DNA of 63,407 nucleotides from Candidatus Omnitrophota bacterium. GTDB taxonomy: Bacteria; Ratteibacteria; UBA8468; MWAK01. The position numbers and the translations under genes are program-made. The DNA lies in NCBI GenBank assembly GCA_043826355.1, contig JBDRQI010000006.1:1-63407 (forward strand). Reading direction: 5' to 3'. This document shows, in pieces, positions 28,115 through 38,602 of the stretch. The notes beneath the pieces were generated by a model. That model made no database searches and was not told the origin of the DNA. It was given only the letters and a program-made list of their open reading frames with translations. Position 1 is the first letter of the stretch. The number at the start of each line of letters is the position of its first letter.

Positions 28115-29269
28115 ATGGTTCATCGGGGCGTCGCCACTTTCGGCCTGGATACCGGAAAATGTCCGCGGTGGCTCTTTGAGCGGATGGTCAAGTTGGGCCG
28201 GGAGATAACCAGGGTAATCGTTGAGGAATACGGCCCAGATGATTTTGTGCGGCGGATGGGTGACCCGGTATGGTTCCAGTCCCTGGGTACGGTACTGGCG
28301 TTTGACTGGAACGCCTCAGGCCTGACCACCATACTGACTGCGGCCCTGAAGGAGGCGACACGGGGCCAGGAAAAACGCTGGGGTATCTTTATCTGCGGCG
28401 GCAAGGGAAAGACTTCAATGAAAACCCCGGGTGAGATTGTAAACTGGGGGGAGGTGTTGAGCCTGCCGGAAGGCGGGGTGAAGAATCTGGCCTATAATTC
28501 CCGGATGGCAGCTAAAGTTGACAGCAGTTTAGTGCAGGACGGGTTTCAAATCTATCATCACGCCTTCCTCTTTTCCAAAAACGGCGCCTGGACCGTGGTC
28601 CAGCAGGGCATGAACGCGGAAAACCAGACCGCCCGTCGTTACCACTGGCATTCTCAGCAGGTAACGGATTTGGTCTGCGAACCCCACTCCGGAATCGCCA
28701 GCCAGAAGCGGGTTTTTACCCTGGATTTAACTGCCGGGGCAAGCGAAAAGACCAGGGAGATGAGCACGCAGTTGGTTCAGAATAATTACCAGGGCTTAAT
28801 GAAAGATATCCAGATAATCCGCCGGCATTCTTCCCCGCTTTCCCAGATGGTCAAGCTTAAAACCGGACAGGGTGAACTTACTTTTCTCAACCTGGAAAAC
28901 CGGGAATTTACCAAGCACCCGGTTATCCGGGAAGATTTTTCCAGGAGTAAATACCTGGAGCGGATTTTCGCCAAGGTGTGTGAATTCAAGCCGGAGAGTT
29001 ACGAGCGGCTCCTTTCTTTGGAAGGGGTCGGGCCGAAGACGATGCGGGCTTTGAGCCTGGTCTCCGAGGTGATTTACGGCGCAAAACCGTCTTACGAGGA
29101 CCCGGCCCGGTACTCTTTTGCCCACGGCGGAAAGGACGGTACGCCGTACCCGGTGGACACCAGGACCTATGACGTGACGATTGAATTTTTCCGAAGGGTG
29201 ATTAACCGCGCACGGATTCCGCTTGCGGAAAAAGGGAAGATGCTGCGGCGGATAGCGGGAAACAGGTAG
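28115..29269 (+). CDS. DUF763-domain protein
   Basis: PRWLFERM, DPVWFQS, GGKG, VQQGM, ARRYHW, FAHGGKDG.PYPV. Confidence 0.9.
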   Translation: MVHRGVATFGLDTGKCPRWLFERMVKLGREITRVIVEEYGPDDFVRRMGDPVWFQSLGTVLAFDWNASGLTTILTAALKEATRGQEKRWGIFICGGKGKTSMKTPGEIVNWGEVLSLPEGGVKNLAYNSRMAAKVDSSLVQDGFQIYHHAFLFSKNGAWTVVQQGMNAENQTARRYHWHSQQVTDLVCEPHSGIASQKRVFTLDLTAGASEKTREMSTQLVQNNYQGLMKDIQIIRRHSSPLSQMVKLKTGQGELTFLNLENREFTKHPVIREDFSRSKYLERIFAKVCEFKPESYERLLSLEGVGPKTMRALSLVSEVIYGAKPSYEDPARYSFAHGGKDGTPYPVDTRTYDVTIEFFRRVINRARIPLAEKGKMLRRIAGNR

Positions 29270-29314
29270 GTGTCGAATTTATCCGACCCGCGGGCGCGAT
29301 TCATCGCGCCCTAC
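29266..29314. repeat. GTAG-family REP doublet
   Basis: GTAG-GTGTCGAATTTATCCGACCC and inverted GGGCGCGATTCATCGCGCC-CTAC, between convergent genes. Confidence 0.75.
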
Positions 29315-29319
29315 AGTTT

Positions 29320-30510
29320 TCAGGAATAATCCTTATTGATTTTTACGTAATCCTCGGTCAGGTCGCAGCCGTAGGCGGTCGCGGAAAAGTTTCCTACCCC
29401 CAGGTCAAGTTCAATCTCTACCTCTGCTGCGGCCAGCGCTTTTTGTATGGTTTTTTCCGGGTATGCGATAATTTCTCCGGAGTCAAAGACCGGGGTTCCG
29501 GCCAGGGAAAGGGATGTTTTTTGCGGGTTTACCCTCGCTGCGCAGCTGCCAGCCGATGAAAGAATCCTACCCCAATTCGGGTTTTCCCCGGCGATGGCCG
29601 TCTTCACCAGGTTGCTTCCGGCTATCCGGCGGCTGACCCTCCGGGCATCCTTTAAAGACCAGGCGCCGGTTACCTTTACCACGATCAGTTTGTTGGCTCC
29701 CTCGCCGTCGGCCGCTAATTTTCTGGCTAATTTCAAACAGCACCCGGTCAGCTCTTCCTGAAAGAGATAGAATTCTTTCGTCTCTTTTTTTATCCTGGGG
29801 TTGGCTGCTTCTCCGTTTGCCAGGATTACCACGAAGTCGTTGGTTGACTGGTCGTCATCCACGGTAATGAGGTTGAAGGACTGGTTGACCGCCTCGCGCA
29901 AAGCGGTCTGCAGTGCCTCTTTTTCTATTACCGCATCCGTAGTCAGGACCACCAGCATGGTGGCTAATTCCGGTTTAATCATTCCGGCGCCCTTGGCCAT
30001 GCCGCCGATGCGCACCATCCCTTTCCGGCCGCTGATGCCGGTCTCCCGGGCTGTCTCCTTGGACACGCGGTCAGTGGTCATAATCGCCTCGGCGGCCGCC
30101 TGGCCGTTCCGGCCGAGATTCTTGACCAATTTTGGGAGCGCTCCGGTTATCTTCTTTTCCGGCAGGAGCAGGCCGATTTTACCGGTTGAGGCGAAAAGAA
30201 CGCCGGGCAAGTTGATTTTAAGCGTCTCGGCCAGAGCCAAGACGATTCGGCTGGTAATGGCCAGGCCTTCCCTGCCATTGATGGCGTTGGCATTGCCGCT
30301 GTTGAGCAAGACCGCCCGTTTATCTCCTGTCTGGCGCAAATGATTAAGACTTAAAAGGAGGGAAGCGGACTTGAACTTATTGGTGGTGGAGACAGCCGCA
30401 GCGACCGCCGGCTCTTTTGAAAAGACCAGAGCCAGGTCCTTTTTGCCGCCCGGTTTAATGCCGGAACTGATTCCGGCAGCCAGAAATCCTGTTGGATAAG
30501 TTACGCTCAT
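29320..30510 (-). CDS. argJ: Ornithine acetyltransferase
   Basis: NSGNANA, STG.IG, IMTTD, KGAGMI.P..ATML, STND, DGEG. Confidence 0.95.
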   Translation of the reverse strand: MSVTYPTGFLAAGISSGIKPGGKKDLALVFSKEPAVAAAVSTTNKFKSASLLLSLNHLRQTGDKRAVLLNSGNANAINGREGLAITSRIVLALAETLKINLPGVLFASTGKIGLLLPEKKITGALPKLVKNLGRNGQAAAEAIMTTDRVSKETARETGISGRKGMVRIGGMAKGAGMIKPELATMLVVLTTDAVIEKEALQTALREAVNQSFNLITVDDDQSTNDFVVILANGEAANPRIKKETKEFYLFQEELTGCCLKLARKLAADGEGANKLIVVKVTGAWSLKDARRVSRRIAGSNLVKTAIAGENPNWGRILSSAGSCAARVNPQKTSLSLAGTPVFDSGEIIAYPEKTIQKALAAAEVEIELDLGVGNFSATAYGCDLTEDYVKINKDYS

Positions 30511-30517
30511 ATAATGC

Positions 30518-31666
30518 CTATTTGCTAAGATGCTGCGGGTCGGTGATGCGTTCCACCTTTTTAACTTTTTTTACCTTAGATTTCTTTTTCAGTCCGTCCA
30601 GCAGTTTATCGTACTCTTTCCGGTTGACCGGTATGTCCGTCGGCTTGTTTTTTTTACCGGAGAGAATGAGCGCGTTGATAAATTCGATCGACCATAGCCC
30701 CTCCGCGCCGGGCGCAATCAGTTCTTCCCTGCCCAGAATTGTCGCACAGAAGTTTCGAATAATCTCTTTATGCCCGGTTTCGGATTTTGGCGGAATCAAC
30801 TTTTCTTCCTTGACTTTCGGACCTCCCCACATGGTCTTGGCAGTGGCGTTGTGTTCGGAGATGGACGGTTCAAAGGTGAAAAGTTTTAGCTCTTTCTCTG
30901 TCAGGACAATCTTGCCGCTGTCTCCGACAATCTCCATAAAGATGGGTGAGGCCGGATGTTCGCAGGTGCTGGTGTAGTAGTAACCCCAGGCGCCGTTTGG
31001 ATATTCAAGGAGCGCCTCCGATTCGTCTTCCACTTCAATCTTGTGCATCCGGGTCCGGGTTTTGGCAGTGACCCGGCTGGGTAATCCAGCCAGGAGCATG
31101 AAGAGGTCTATGCCGTGGGGAGACTGGTTTAACAGGACTCCGCCGCCTTCTCCAAGCCAGGTGCCGCGCCAGCCGGCGCTGTCGTAATAGGCCTGGCTGC
31201 GGTAGTGAGCGTTAATCATCAAAGTGCGCCGGATTTCACCCAGCCGGCCGCTTTTGATAATTTCGCGCGCCAGCCGAATTTCCGGCAGGGTCCGCTGCTG
31301 GAACATCACACCGAAGATTTTTTTGCTCTTTTTGGCCGCTAACAAAAAAGCATCGGCGTCGGCCACCTTTACCGTAATCGGTTTTTCGGAGAGGACGTGC
31401 AGACCGGACTTGAAGGCCGCAATCCCGATTTCGTGGTGGAAATAATGGGGTGTTGCGATTAAGATTGCGTCGCACAACCCGCTCTTGATTAATTTGCGAT
31501 AATCACCAAAATAAGGAACGTTATTTTCCGCCCCAACCTTCCGGGCGGTTTCCGGGTTAACATCGCTCACTGCCGCAAGCCGCGTCTCCGGCAGTTCATT
31601 GATATTTTTGATATGCTCCTGGCCCATCACGCCGCAACCGACCACACCCATTCTTATTTTTTTCAT
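30518..31666 (-). CDS. Gfo/Idh/MocA oxidoreductase
   Basis: GCGVMG; EKP. Confidence 0.9.
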   Translation of the reverse strand: MKKIRMGVVGCGVMGQEHIKNINELPETRLAAVSDVNPETARKVGAENNVPYFGDYRKLIKSGLCDAILIATPHYFHHEIGIAAFKSGLHVLSEKPITVKVADADAFLLAAKKSKKIFGVMFQQRTLPEIRLAREIIKSGRLGEIRRTLMINAHYRSQAYYDSAGWRGTWLGEGGGVLLNQSPHGIDLFMLLAGLPSRVTAKTRTRMHKIEVEDESEALLEYPNGAWGYYYTSTCEHPASPIFMEIVGDSGKIVLTEKELKLFTFEPSISEHNATAKTMWGGPKVKEEKLIPPKSETGHKEIIRNFCATILGREELIAPGAEGLWSIEFINALILSGKKNKPTDIPVNRKEYDKLLDGLKKKSKVKKVKKVERITDPQHLSK

Positions 31667-32017
31667 ATAAAGAGTATAACGCGAAAAGAGGTTTTTTGGC
31701 AAAAAAGGCGTCTGATTTGAGGTGGCTTGCTCTACTTTTTTGCGCTCTGTATAAAAATCATCCCTGGAAGTACCATACAGCAGATTAGTTGCCTTGTAAA
31801 CTATCTTGAAGAATTACCGATTACGGGGGCGGTTCTTTTGACCGGAATAGGCATTATCCTTCGCCGGGGAAAGGATGCGCATCGGCCGGCGTTCTCATCC
31901 GAAGAGTAAACATAAAAGCACCACGGGCTTAAACAAGAACATCTAATGTCGCTGACTGTTTATGTTTAAGCAGGGCAAGAATATATACATCCGATTCTTG
32001 GAACAGGTCACGCTACT

Positions 32018-33943
32018 TCAACGCTTCTTGGACCGGTAAAACTTTCGCATAGTTTTGCCAGAAAAGTACTCCGGTGCGTTAAAGGTGCCATGTTTGACAG
32101 GCAGCCAGGTTACGTAAGGCGACCCTCCTTCTCCGGCACTACCAAAATCGCAGAGATAAATTTTTTCTCCCCGCGCCGCCTTGATTTGAAAGAGCATCAG
32201 CGGGTGTATCCAATCTTTGCACTTTGCGGGGATGATTTTCAGAGTATTTCCGTTAAGTTCCGGTACTTCGAGAAAATTCGCGGGTTGGTTCGTAAGGGGC
32301 CCTTTGAGAATTATTCCTGTTTCTTTTTGTACATGCTCCGGATTGTATCTCCGGTCGTACGTCAACAGTATCGGGCCCCGATAAACAGAGATGAGATTTT
32401 TGGATTCGCGCTCACCCTTCCAGAAATGCAACGACATGTCGAGGTTGAGTTCAATCATGTCTCCCTTAGCCCACCGGCGTTTAATGGACAAATAAGTTCC
32501 CGGTTTGGTAGCAGCGAGCCATTCACCGTTCAATTTCACTTTTGTTTTCACCGACCAGCAGGGAACCCTCAATTTCAGAACAAAAAGGGCTTTTTTTGAA
32601 GGAGAAACATAAAGGAAGATTTTGCCGGAAACCGGATAATTGGTTTCCTGTCTTAACTTCACAGCAGTGCCGTCTGCCAGGACGGTGGTTCCGGTGGATG
32701 GTCCGTACCAGTTAACCACTAATCCTTCCTGGTCGCGCATCAACGCCCAGTCATTTATGATACCAAATCCACGGGGACCGTTCACACTGCAGCAGTTTAA
32801 TTCAGAACTTCCGGCCTGTGCCTGGAAGACGATATGGTGGTTGCTTGCATACCGCTGGCCGTCCATCGGTGTATTGTAGGTAACCCACCTCCCGGTGCGT
32901 GAGTGCATACCGACGACGGAATTAAGGGTGGAAAGTTCCATTTCATCGGCGACAATCGAACTACCGGTAATCTTCAACATTTCTACGCTCATGGCCAGCC
33001 ATGCAATGGTGCAGCAGGTTTCGATTGCTCCCCGGTCATAGGGGTTACCCGTAGCTTTTTCTCCGGATGTAAAACCACCATTATTGTGCCGGTCAAAAAC
33101 AACCATTGATTGCCACAGATGTTGAAATGCTTTTCGATAATCCTCATCACCGGTAATCCAGTAAAGTTCAGCCAGCCCCATAATCGGGTGTAGACTTTCC
33201 CACCTTGGTTTCGGGGTTTCATAAAACTGCTTGCCTATTAGGGCGGCTCCAAGATAGTTGCCTGCAAGAGGGCCGTCTTTTCCCTGAGCGCCGAATTCAT
33301 CAACAATCTGAAGCGCCAGGTCAAGATATTTTTTCTTTCCGGTCGTTCGGTAGAGAATACATAATCCATGCACTGGCGCAAGATTCGTTTCGGGTGTACC
33401 TATATCCACCAGTCGTTTTCCGGATTCCCGGACGCCAAGGAATTTTCGGCATAAGATATCGCCGATTCGCGAGGCGCACAACAGCGCCCTCTTGTCTTTC
33501 GTATCCTCGTACCAGAGGAGCAATCCAAGCATAACGTGGTAGTGCCCCCAGGCATCCCATGTCCGTCCGGAGCAGCATGGACAAACATTTGGCGCAGTTC
33601 CGGTCAACTGCGAACTTTTTGGCCAAGGACCCAAATAGCCGTCTTCAGCTTGTAATTTAACCAGAAGTTTTACGAATTGCGACAGCCAGTTTTTAAGGCG
33701 CCCATCATTCGTCAGCCGGAGTATTTGAACGCCGGACGTCAGATACTTTCCGGCAAACTCGCCCGCCCACGGAACCATCTCTCTTAGTGGTAAACAATCC
33801 CTCTCTTTTAACATGTCAAGCATGAGTGGATTTGCCAGGGGCGCCACAAGCAGCCATTGCTCTATCACCCCTTCAAGATAGGGTTTAATGAACCCATTAA
33901 TTTCAAGTTTTATGTCTCCTGTTCTGCAAAAAATTGGTTTCAT
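32018..33943 (-). CDS. GH127 beta-L-arabinofuranosidase-like protein
   Basis: GEFAGKY, ETCC, NCC, RGPILL. Confidence 0.85.
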   Translation of the reverse strand: MKPIFCRTGDIKLEINGFIKPYLEGVIEQWLLVAPLANPLMLDMLKERDCLPLREMVPWAGEFAGKYLTSGVQILRLTNDGRLKNWLSQFVKLLVKLQAEDGYLGPWPKSSQLTGTAPNVCPCCSGRTWDAWGHYHVMLGLLLWYEDTKDKRALLCASRIGDILCRKFLGVRESGKRLVDIGTPETNLAPVHGLCILYRTTGKKKYLDLALQIVDEFGAQGKDGPLAGNYLGAALIGKQFYETPKPRWESLHPIMGLAELYWITGDEDYRKAFQHLWQSMVVFDRHNNGGFTSGEKATGNPYDRGAIETCCTIAWLAMSVEMLKITGSSIVADEMELSTLNSVVGMHSRTGRWVTYNTPMDGQRYASNHHIVFQAQAGSSELNCCSVNGPRGFGIINDWALMRDQEGLVVNWYGPSTGTTVLADGTAVKLRQETNYPVSGKIFLYVSPSKKALFVLKLRVPCWSVKTKVKLNGEWLAATKPGTYLSIKRRWAKGDMIELNLDMSLHFWKGERESKNLISVYRGPILLTYDRRYNPEHVQKETGIILKGPLTNQPANFLEVPELNGNTLKIIPAKCKDWIHPLMLFQIKAARGEKIYLCDFGSAGEGGSPYVTWLPVKHGTFNAPEYFSGKTMRKFYRSKKR

Positions 33944-33954
33944 TGTTTGGATTT

Positions 33955-34908
33955 TCAGTTCGTAGGTTGCGTAGAAGAGATTAAATTGTTGGCAAGGCAC
34001 CAATCGATGGTTCGTTTGACGCTTTCTTCCAAAGAAACGTTGACGCGGTAACCCAGTTCTTTTTTCGCCTTTGATATGTCGAAACACATATGTTCGCAGA
34101 AAAATTTCAAGCCTTCGACGTCAAGACCGGACTTTCCGGCAAACTGGTTTATCATCTCCCCTATCGGTAAATGGGTAACCGGCGGTTTCCGTTTCAGAAT
34201 TTCGCAGATTAGGCGAAGGTATTCATTTAAGGTCACGCTGTAATCGCCGGCGATGTTGTATGTCTGCCCGATACTCTGTTTATTCTCCAGAACGAGGGCA
34301 AACGCTTCGGCAAGGTCCTCTACGTAAACAGGCTGCAGGAGCGCCCGGCCGTCATTGGGAACGGTGATGGTTTCTTCTTTCAAAACCCTCCACAGGAATC
34401 TTGGATTCCGCGCGCCCCAGATATCAATGGGCAGGCTCCCCGGGCCCATGATATTCGTGGGACGAATGATTGTGGCGGGGAAACCGTCCCGGCGATAATA
34501 TTCCAACGCTAACCTATCCGGCTCTACCTTGAACATAAAGTTTAGCCCGGTCGGTTCTTCCCAGGGATGTTCTTCGTTTGCGGGGATGCGCTGCAGCGGT
34601 GTATACACCCCAGTTGAACTGCAGTGAACGTAATGTTTTATTCTCCCCTTAAAACTTTCAATGATATTTTTTGTGCTTTCCGTGTCAGGGGTGACGTCAA
34701 CGACCGATTCCGCGTCAACACCGGCGAGAATTTTTTTGAATTCCGGCGTTTTTGTGCGGTCTCCCCAAATGAATTTAGCCGGCGGCGGCAATTTAAATTT
34801 TTCCTTCTGGTCGATGGCAATTACCGTAACATTATGTCCTCGTTTCACAAGTTTTTTCACTACGTTGTGGCCCAACCAACCCGAACCGCTTATGACCAGC
34901 GCCTTCAC
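33955..34908 (-). CDS. NAD-dependent epimerase/dehydratase
   Basis: SGSGWLG; CSSTGVY; RPTNIMGP. Confidence 0.85.
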   Translation of the reverse strand: MKALVISGSGWLGHNVVKKLVKRGHNVTVIAIDQKEKFKLPPPAKFIWGDRTKTPEFKKILAGVDAESVVDVTPDTESTKNIIESFKGRIKHYVHCSSTGVYTPLQRIPANEEHPWEEPTGLNFMFKVEPDRLALEYYRRDGFPATIIRPTNIMGPGSLPIDIWGARNPRFLWRVLKEETITVPNDGRALLQPVYVEDLAEAFALVLENKQSIGQTYNIAGDYSVTLNEYLRLICEILKRKPPVTHLPIGEMINQFAGKSGLDVEGLKFFCEHMCFDISKAKKELGYRVNVSLEESVKRTIDWCLANNLISSTQPTN

Positions 34909-36233
34909 TTCTTCCCCCCTTCCAATCGCTGTAATGCCTCTTTTGCGGCGTGGAGATTTTCCAAAGGCGCCCACGTATAACCAAAAACACAATAACCGTC
35001 CGAACCCAACCTGTGAAAAGTTTCAATCTGTTTCCTGACGTGTTCCGGGTTCGCCGGATATACGGCGTGGACGTCGCCAATCCGGAACTTGCATTTTCCT
35101 TCTACGGCTTCTTTATCTATGCTTGCCATATAAGCCTTCTCTTCTATGGACCAACCGGCGCTGCCGCTTATGGCATCAACAACCCCTGCTATGTCTTTCA
35201 GGGTTGTCCCGTACAAAAAACCATAGTGCCGGAAGCGTTGAAAGTTTGGTCCCACGGAGGGATCAAGTCCCACCCCCAACTCTACCTGGGGTGCGAATTT
35301 CAGGAGGGTATTCTTGACTTCTCTTGCCGTCTCTACCATCGTCTTTATCTTGAATCGCAGCCATTGATATACCGCGGTCTCCTCCAGGATTAATCTCGCC
35401 AAACCCACCTCACCTTCAAAAAATCCCTTTTTTGAGAGTTCAAATGTAATAGAAGGGTCGCGGGTTACGCAACCATCCGCCAATATCTTTATTCTTTTCA
35501 CAATAAAATCCCAGTCAAAATGCCATTTCTGGGCTTGTTTCGCGCAATGTTCACAAAAACAGGGTGCGCCGAGGAGTAAAAACTGCGGGTCAATGTCCGG
35601 CGCCCATTTACAGCCGTTGTCCAGTCGGTTGTACCAACCTTCACCCTGGGGACCGCCGGCCCAATATTCGATGCCGAACTTATCCATGCCGATACCGCTA
35701 ACCGTATAATTCAGCACGATATTTTTAATAGTTCCAAGGATATATTCGCGAACATCAGGATGGTTTGGACACAGCCCGTGTTTCTGGCGACCGCCGAAAA
35801 TGTCTATGGGCGTGCAGTCCGGATACTTACGCGCCAGGTATGGATTTTTAAACATGGGGAACCAGGCGCTCATCTTCATACCGCGGTCTTTAACAGGCTT
35901 TTCCAGCGCTCGCAAAACATCAAATCCCGCCAGAAGCGGGTCTGTTGATTTATCCGGCTTTATTTTTGTATCTTGGTAGTGCTTTAAGTCGGGCTCTATG
36001 TAAAATTTTCCATCTTCCGGGAAATATCTCCGAATCTTCTTATTATGCGGCATAACTCCGCCCCACCAGAAAGCGCTTGCTTCTTCCATGTAGTAACAAA
36101 CAGGAGAAAATACGCTGTTTGCGCCAATATGTTCAATTGCCCCGTCCAGAAACCCCTCCACACCGTGTTCTGTTAAATCCCAGGGATAGGCCGGGGTAGA
36201 AACCGGAAACCCAGCAATCATCTTCTTTGACAT
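34905..36233 (-). CDS. Putative TIM-barrel glycoside hydrolase-like protein
   Basis: AYPWDL; LCPNHPDVREY; CFCEHC. Confidence 0.6.
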   Translation of the reverse strand: MSKKMIAGFPVSTPAYPWDLTEHGVEGFLDGAIEHIGANSVFSPVCYYMEEASAFWWGGVMPHNKKIRRYFPEDGKFYIEPDLKHYQDTKIKPDKSTDPLLAGFDVLRALEKPVKDRGMKMSAWFPMFKNPYLARKYPDCTPIDIFGGRQKHGLCPNHPDVREYILGTIKNIVLNYTVSGIGMDKFGIEYWAGGPQGEGWYNRLDNGCKWAPDIDPQFLLLGAPCFCEHCAKQAQKWHFDWDFIVKRIKILADGCVTRDPSITFELSKKGFFEGEVGLARLILEETAVYQWLRFKIKTMVETAREVKNTLLKFAPQVELGVGLDPSVGPNFQRFRHYGFLYGTTLKDIAGVVDAISGSAGWSIEEKAYMASIDKEAVEGKCKFRIGDVHAVYPANPEHVRKQIETFHRLGSDGYCVFGYTWAPLENLHAAKEALQRLEGGKK

Positions 36234-36260
36234 TTTACCTTCCCTCCCATTTCCCCGCTT

Positions 36261-38588
36261 CTATTGGTACTTGAGGATTGCTTCTGTTACCATCGTCCTT
36301 ATCTCCTGCGCTTTTTTATTGCCCCAACCTTTCTGCGGGTCGCTGCGCCAGGGGATGCTTTCCAGCGCTTCCTGCAGAACGCGGGATGCAGACTCTTGCT
36401 TGGCGCCTTTGGCTTTGGCGATAGTTTCTTTTAAAGTAAGAATGTACCTCCAGTCATTGATGCCCGCCCTGATGCCTTCCCAGGTTACCGTCGGATTGAG
36501 GGAGCCGTTGCCTTCCCAGGCGGTCGTCGGATTGAGTGAGTCGTCCGTATCCCAGTAGGAAAACAGGCTATTTTTGTACTCGCCTCGCAGGTCGGTGTAC
36601 TCATCGGTAAAGGGCCAGGGGTAGTAGTAGGCCCAAGCGGTCATTCCGGTCACCCCTGTTTTGGCAGGCAAAAAGCCGGCCATTTCGCGCGCTTGCCAGA
36701 AGTCATCCTGCATCGTAGGCCACCCTATCCCCCAGATTTCACCTCCGGCCTGGCGGAGATAATCTTGAAAAGCCTTGTTTTTCTCAGCGGTCTGGGCGAT
36801 CTCCGCCGTTATGATAGCGGGGCGCACATCCAGCCAGGGGTCAAGGTTTTTCATCGTGGGGATATCGTAGGCGGTGCAGAACGTCCGTGCCGACGGCACC
36901 GCTTCCTTCGTCATCCGGTACTCTAACCGCGCCGCCGTTGCCAGCGGATTTTTAAGATCGTTCGGTTCATCTACAAGGTAGAAAAGTATCGGCGGCCAAT
37001 TGGCCTGCCGGGCGTGTTCGCAAATATCGCGGATGACCTGTTTATATACTTCTTGAAGAGCGGTTGGATACTCGCCTTCTTTAACCTTCGGGTCCAACCC
37101 CCAAAGTTCCAGCAGTTGGGTGCCCAATCGGCCTTTCTCGCTGCCCAGTAACGGGCAATAGGGCATCGGGTCGGTGAAACCGGCTTTCCGGTATGCCGAC
37201 ATAAGAGCATCGGAGGCAGCGAAATCCATGACGGCCCGGTCGCCCTCTCGTCTGAGCGGCGCAGGCGCATTGATTCCCCCCAGAATCACGGAGGTCATGC
37301 CATGCTCCCGCATGTCGCGGAAGAGCGTATCCGTTTTGAAGTTAGGCGGGTCATAGAAGAAGAGCATCCAGGGTTTACTTTTGGCCAGTTGGAACGGAAG
37401 CACGCGCAGGTAAATGGGCAGAACATCTTTTTCGCCGTCGGCCTGGACTGTCACCGTGCTCTGGTAGTTCCCCGGCGTCGCATCCGGCGGCACATGAAGA
37501 GTCAGCCAGAACAACTGCGGGCATTCAGGCGAAAGGGCGACCTTTTGCGCGCGCACCAGCAATTTAGGAATGATGTGGTATTGGCCGCTGGTGTAGTAGC
37601 CGATTCGCTGGATGACCTGGCGGCCCATGCGTATTTCAAAAGCGGAGGCCGGAATTGTGGCGCCCTTCGGACCGACAAGGTCTCCCACTGACACCTGCAC
37701 CTGTTTAAAATACCGCAGGGCAGAGAGAGCGAAAAAGGCAAGCTCGTACTGGTCCGGCGCCGCCGTAAGATTTAACGAGCGGATGACCTCGGCCCGGTTG
37801 GGCTGTCTGCCGGCCACGACATCGATTGGTTCCTCAGGCTGAAATACGACAAATCCCTGACTCTGTTCCGCGGGAGTTGCGGAAAACGGGAGTTGCGCAG
37901 TAACCGGCTTCCGCTCGGTAAACTCCCGGCCGTCCACCCGGAGAAATTTATCCCCATTATCAAGAATTACCTCTTCCACTCCCTTAGCCAGCGTTCGGGT
38001 GGATTTCTGGGCCGGGGCCGACAGGGAAACGTTGTCAAACCACACGGTTCCCGTCGTAGTGTGCATCCCCAGATAAAGTCTTGCCTGGACGCAGTCCTTG
38101 CCGATGTTCCACGCCAGGTTGATATCTTTCCAGTCAAACGTACCGGTGAAGGCCTCCTCCTGGTTCTGGATGTGTTCCGTGCCGTCGGCCCCTATCCACA
38201 CCATGGTGATTAGAGCCTTTGAATAAAAATAGGTTCCGACGACCACGTTTTCTGCTTTCACTTTTGCCCGGACATGCAGGAGGCGGCCTTTGATTTGCTC
38301 AGGGTTAATGTCCTGAGTGGCATAGGTGCTACCGCTCTTGTCCGAAGACGTAAGCCGGATGCTTTTCCCCCATGGCCCGGGTACGATTTCAACCTTGTTG
38401 GCGGCCGGCTTATCCTCCCGCACTTGCCAGTGCTCCAGTCCGGATTCAAAATCACCGTTGAGAACCAGATTGTTCTCTCCGGCCACAATTGGGCAGCGCA
38501 AAAACATCAGAAGACCGAACAATCCCGAACAACTCAACAAACAGCACCACCTCATAAAGCAATTGTCTTTCATTACTAGCCGTACCAT
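36261..38588 (-). CDS. Exported CBM4/9-like plus glycoside hydrolase (GH123-like) protein
   Basis: Signal-like segment; NLVLNGDFE...VWFDNVSL; YLVDEP; WEGIRAGINDWRY. Confidence 0.7.
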   Translation of the reverse strand: MVRLVMKDNCFMRWCCLLSCSGLFGLLMFLRCPIVAGENNLVLNGDFESGLEHWQVREDKPAANKVEIVPGPWGKSIRLTSSDKSGSTYATQDINPEQIKGRLLHVRAKVKAENVVVGTYFYSKALITMVWIGADGTEHIQNQEEAFTGTFDWKDINLAWNIGKDCVQARLYLGMHTTTGTVWFDNVSLSAPAQKSTRTLAKGVEEVILDNGDKFLRVDGREFTERKPVTAQLPFSATPAEQSQGFVVFQPEEPIDVVAGRQPNRAEVIRSLNLTAAPDQYELAFFALSALRYFKQVQVSVGDLVGPKGATIPASAFEIRMGRQVIQRIGYYTSGQYHIIPKLLVRAQKVALSPECPQLFWLTLHVPPDATPGNYQSTVTVQADGEKDVLPIYLRVLPFQLAKSKPWMLFFYDPPNFKTDTLFRDMREHGMTSVILGGINAPAPLRREGDRAVMDFAASDALMSAYRKAGFTDPMPYCPLLGSEKGRLGTQLLELWGLDPKVKEGEYPTALQEVYKQVIRDICEHARQANWPPILFYLVDEPNDLKNPLATAARLEYRMTKEAVPSARTFCTAYDIPTMKNLDPWLDVRPAIITAEIAQTAEKNKAFQDYLRQAGGEIWGIGWPTMQDDFWQAREMAGFLPAKTGVTGMTAWAYYYPWPFTDEYTDLRGEYKNSLFSYWDTDDSLNPTTAWEGNGSLNPTVTWEGIRAGINDWRYILTLKETIAKAKGAKQESASRVLQEALESIPWRSDPQKGWGNKKAQEIRTMVTEAILKYQ

Positions 38589-38602
38589 CACTCCTCCTTT
38601 TT

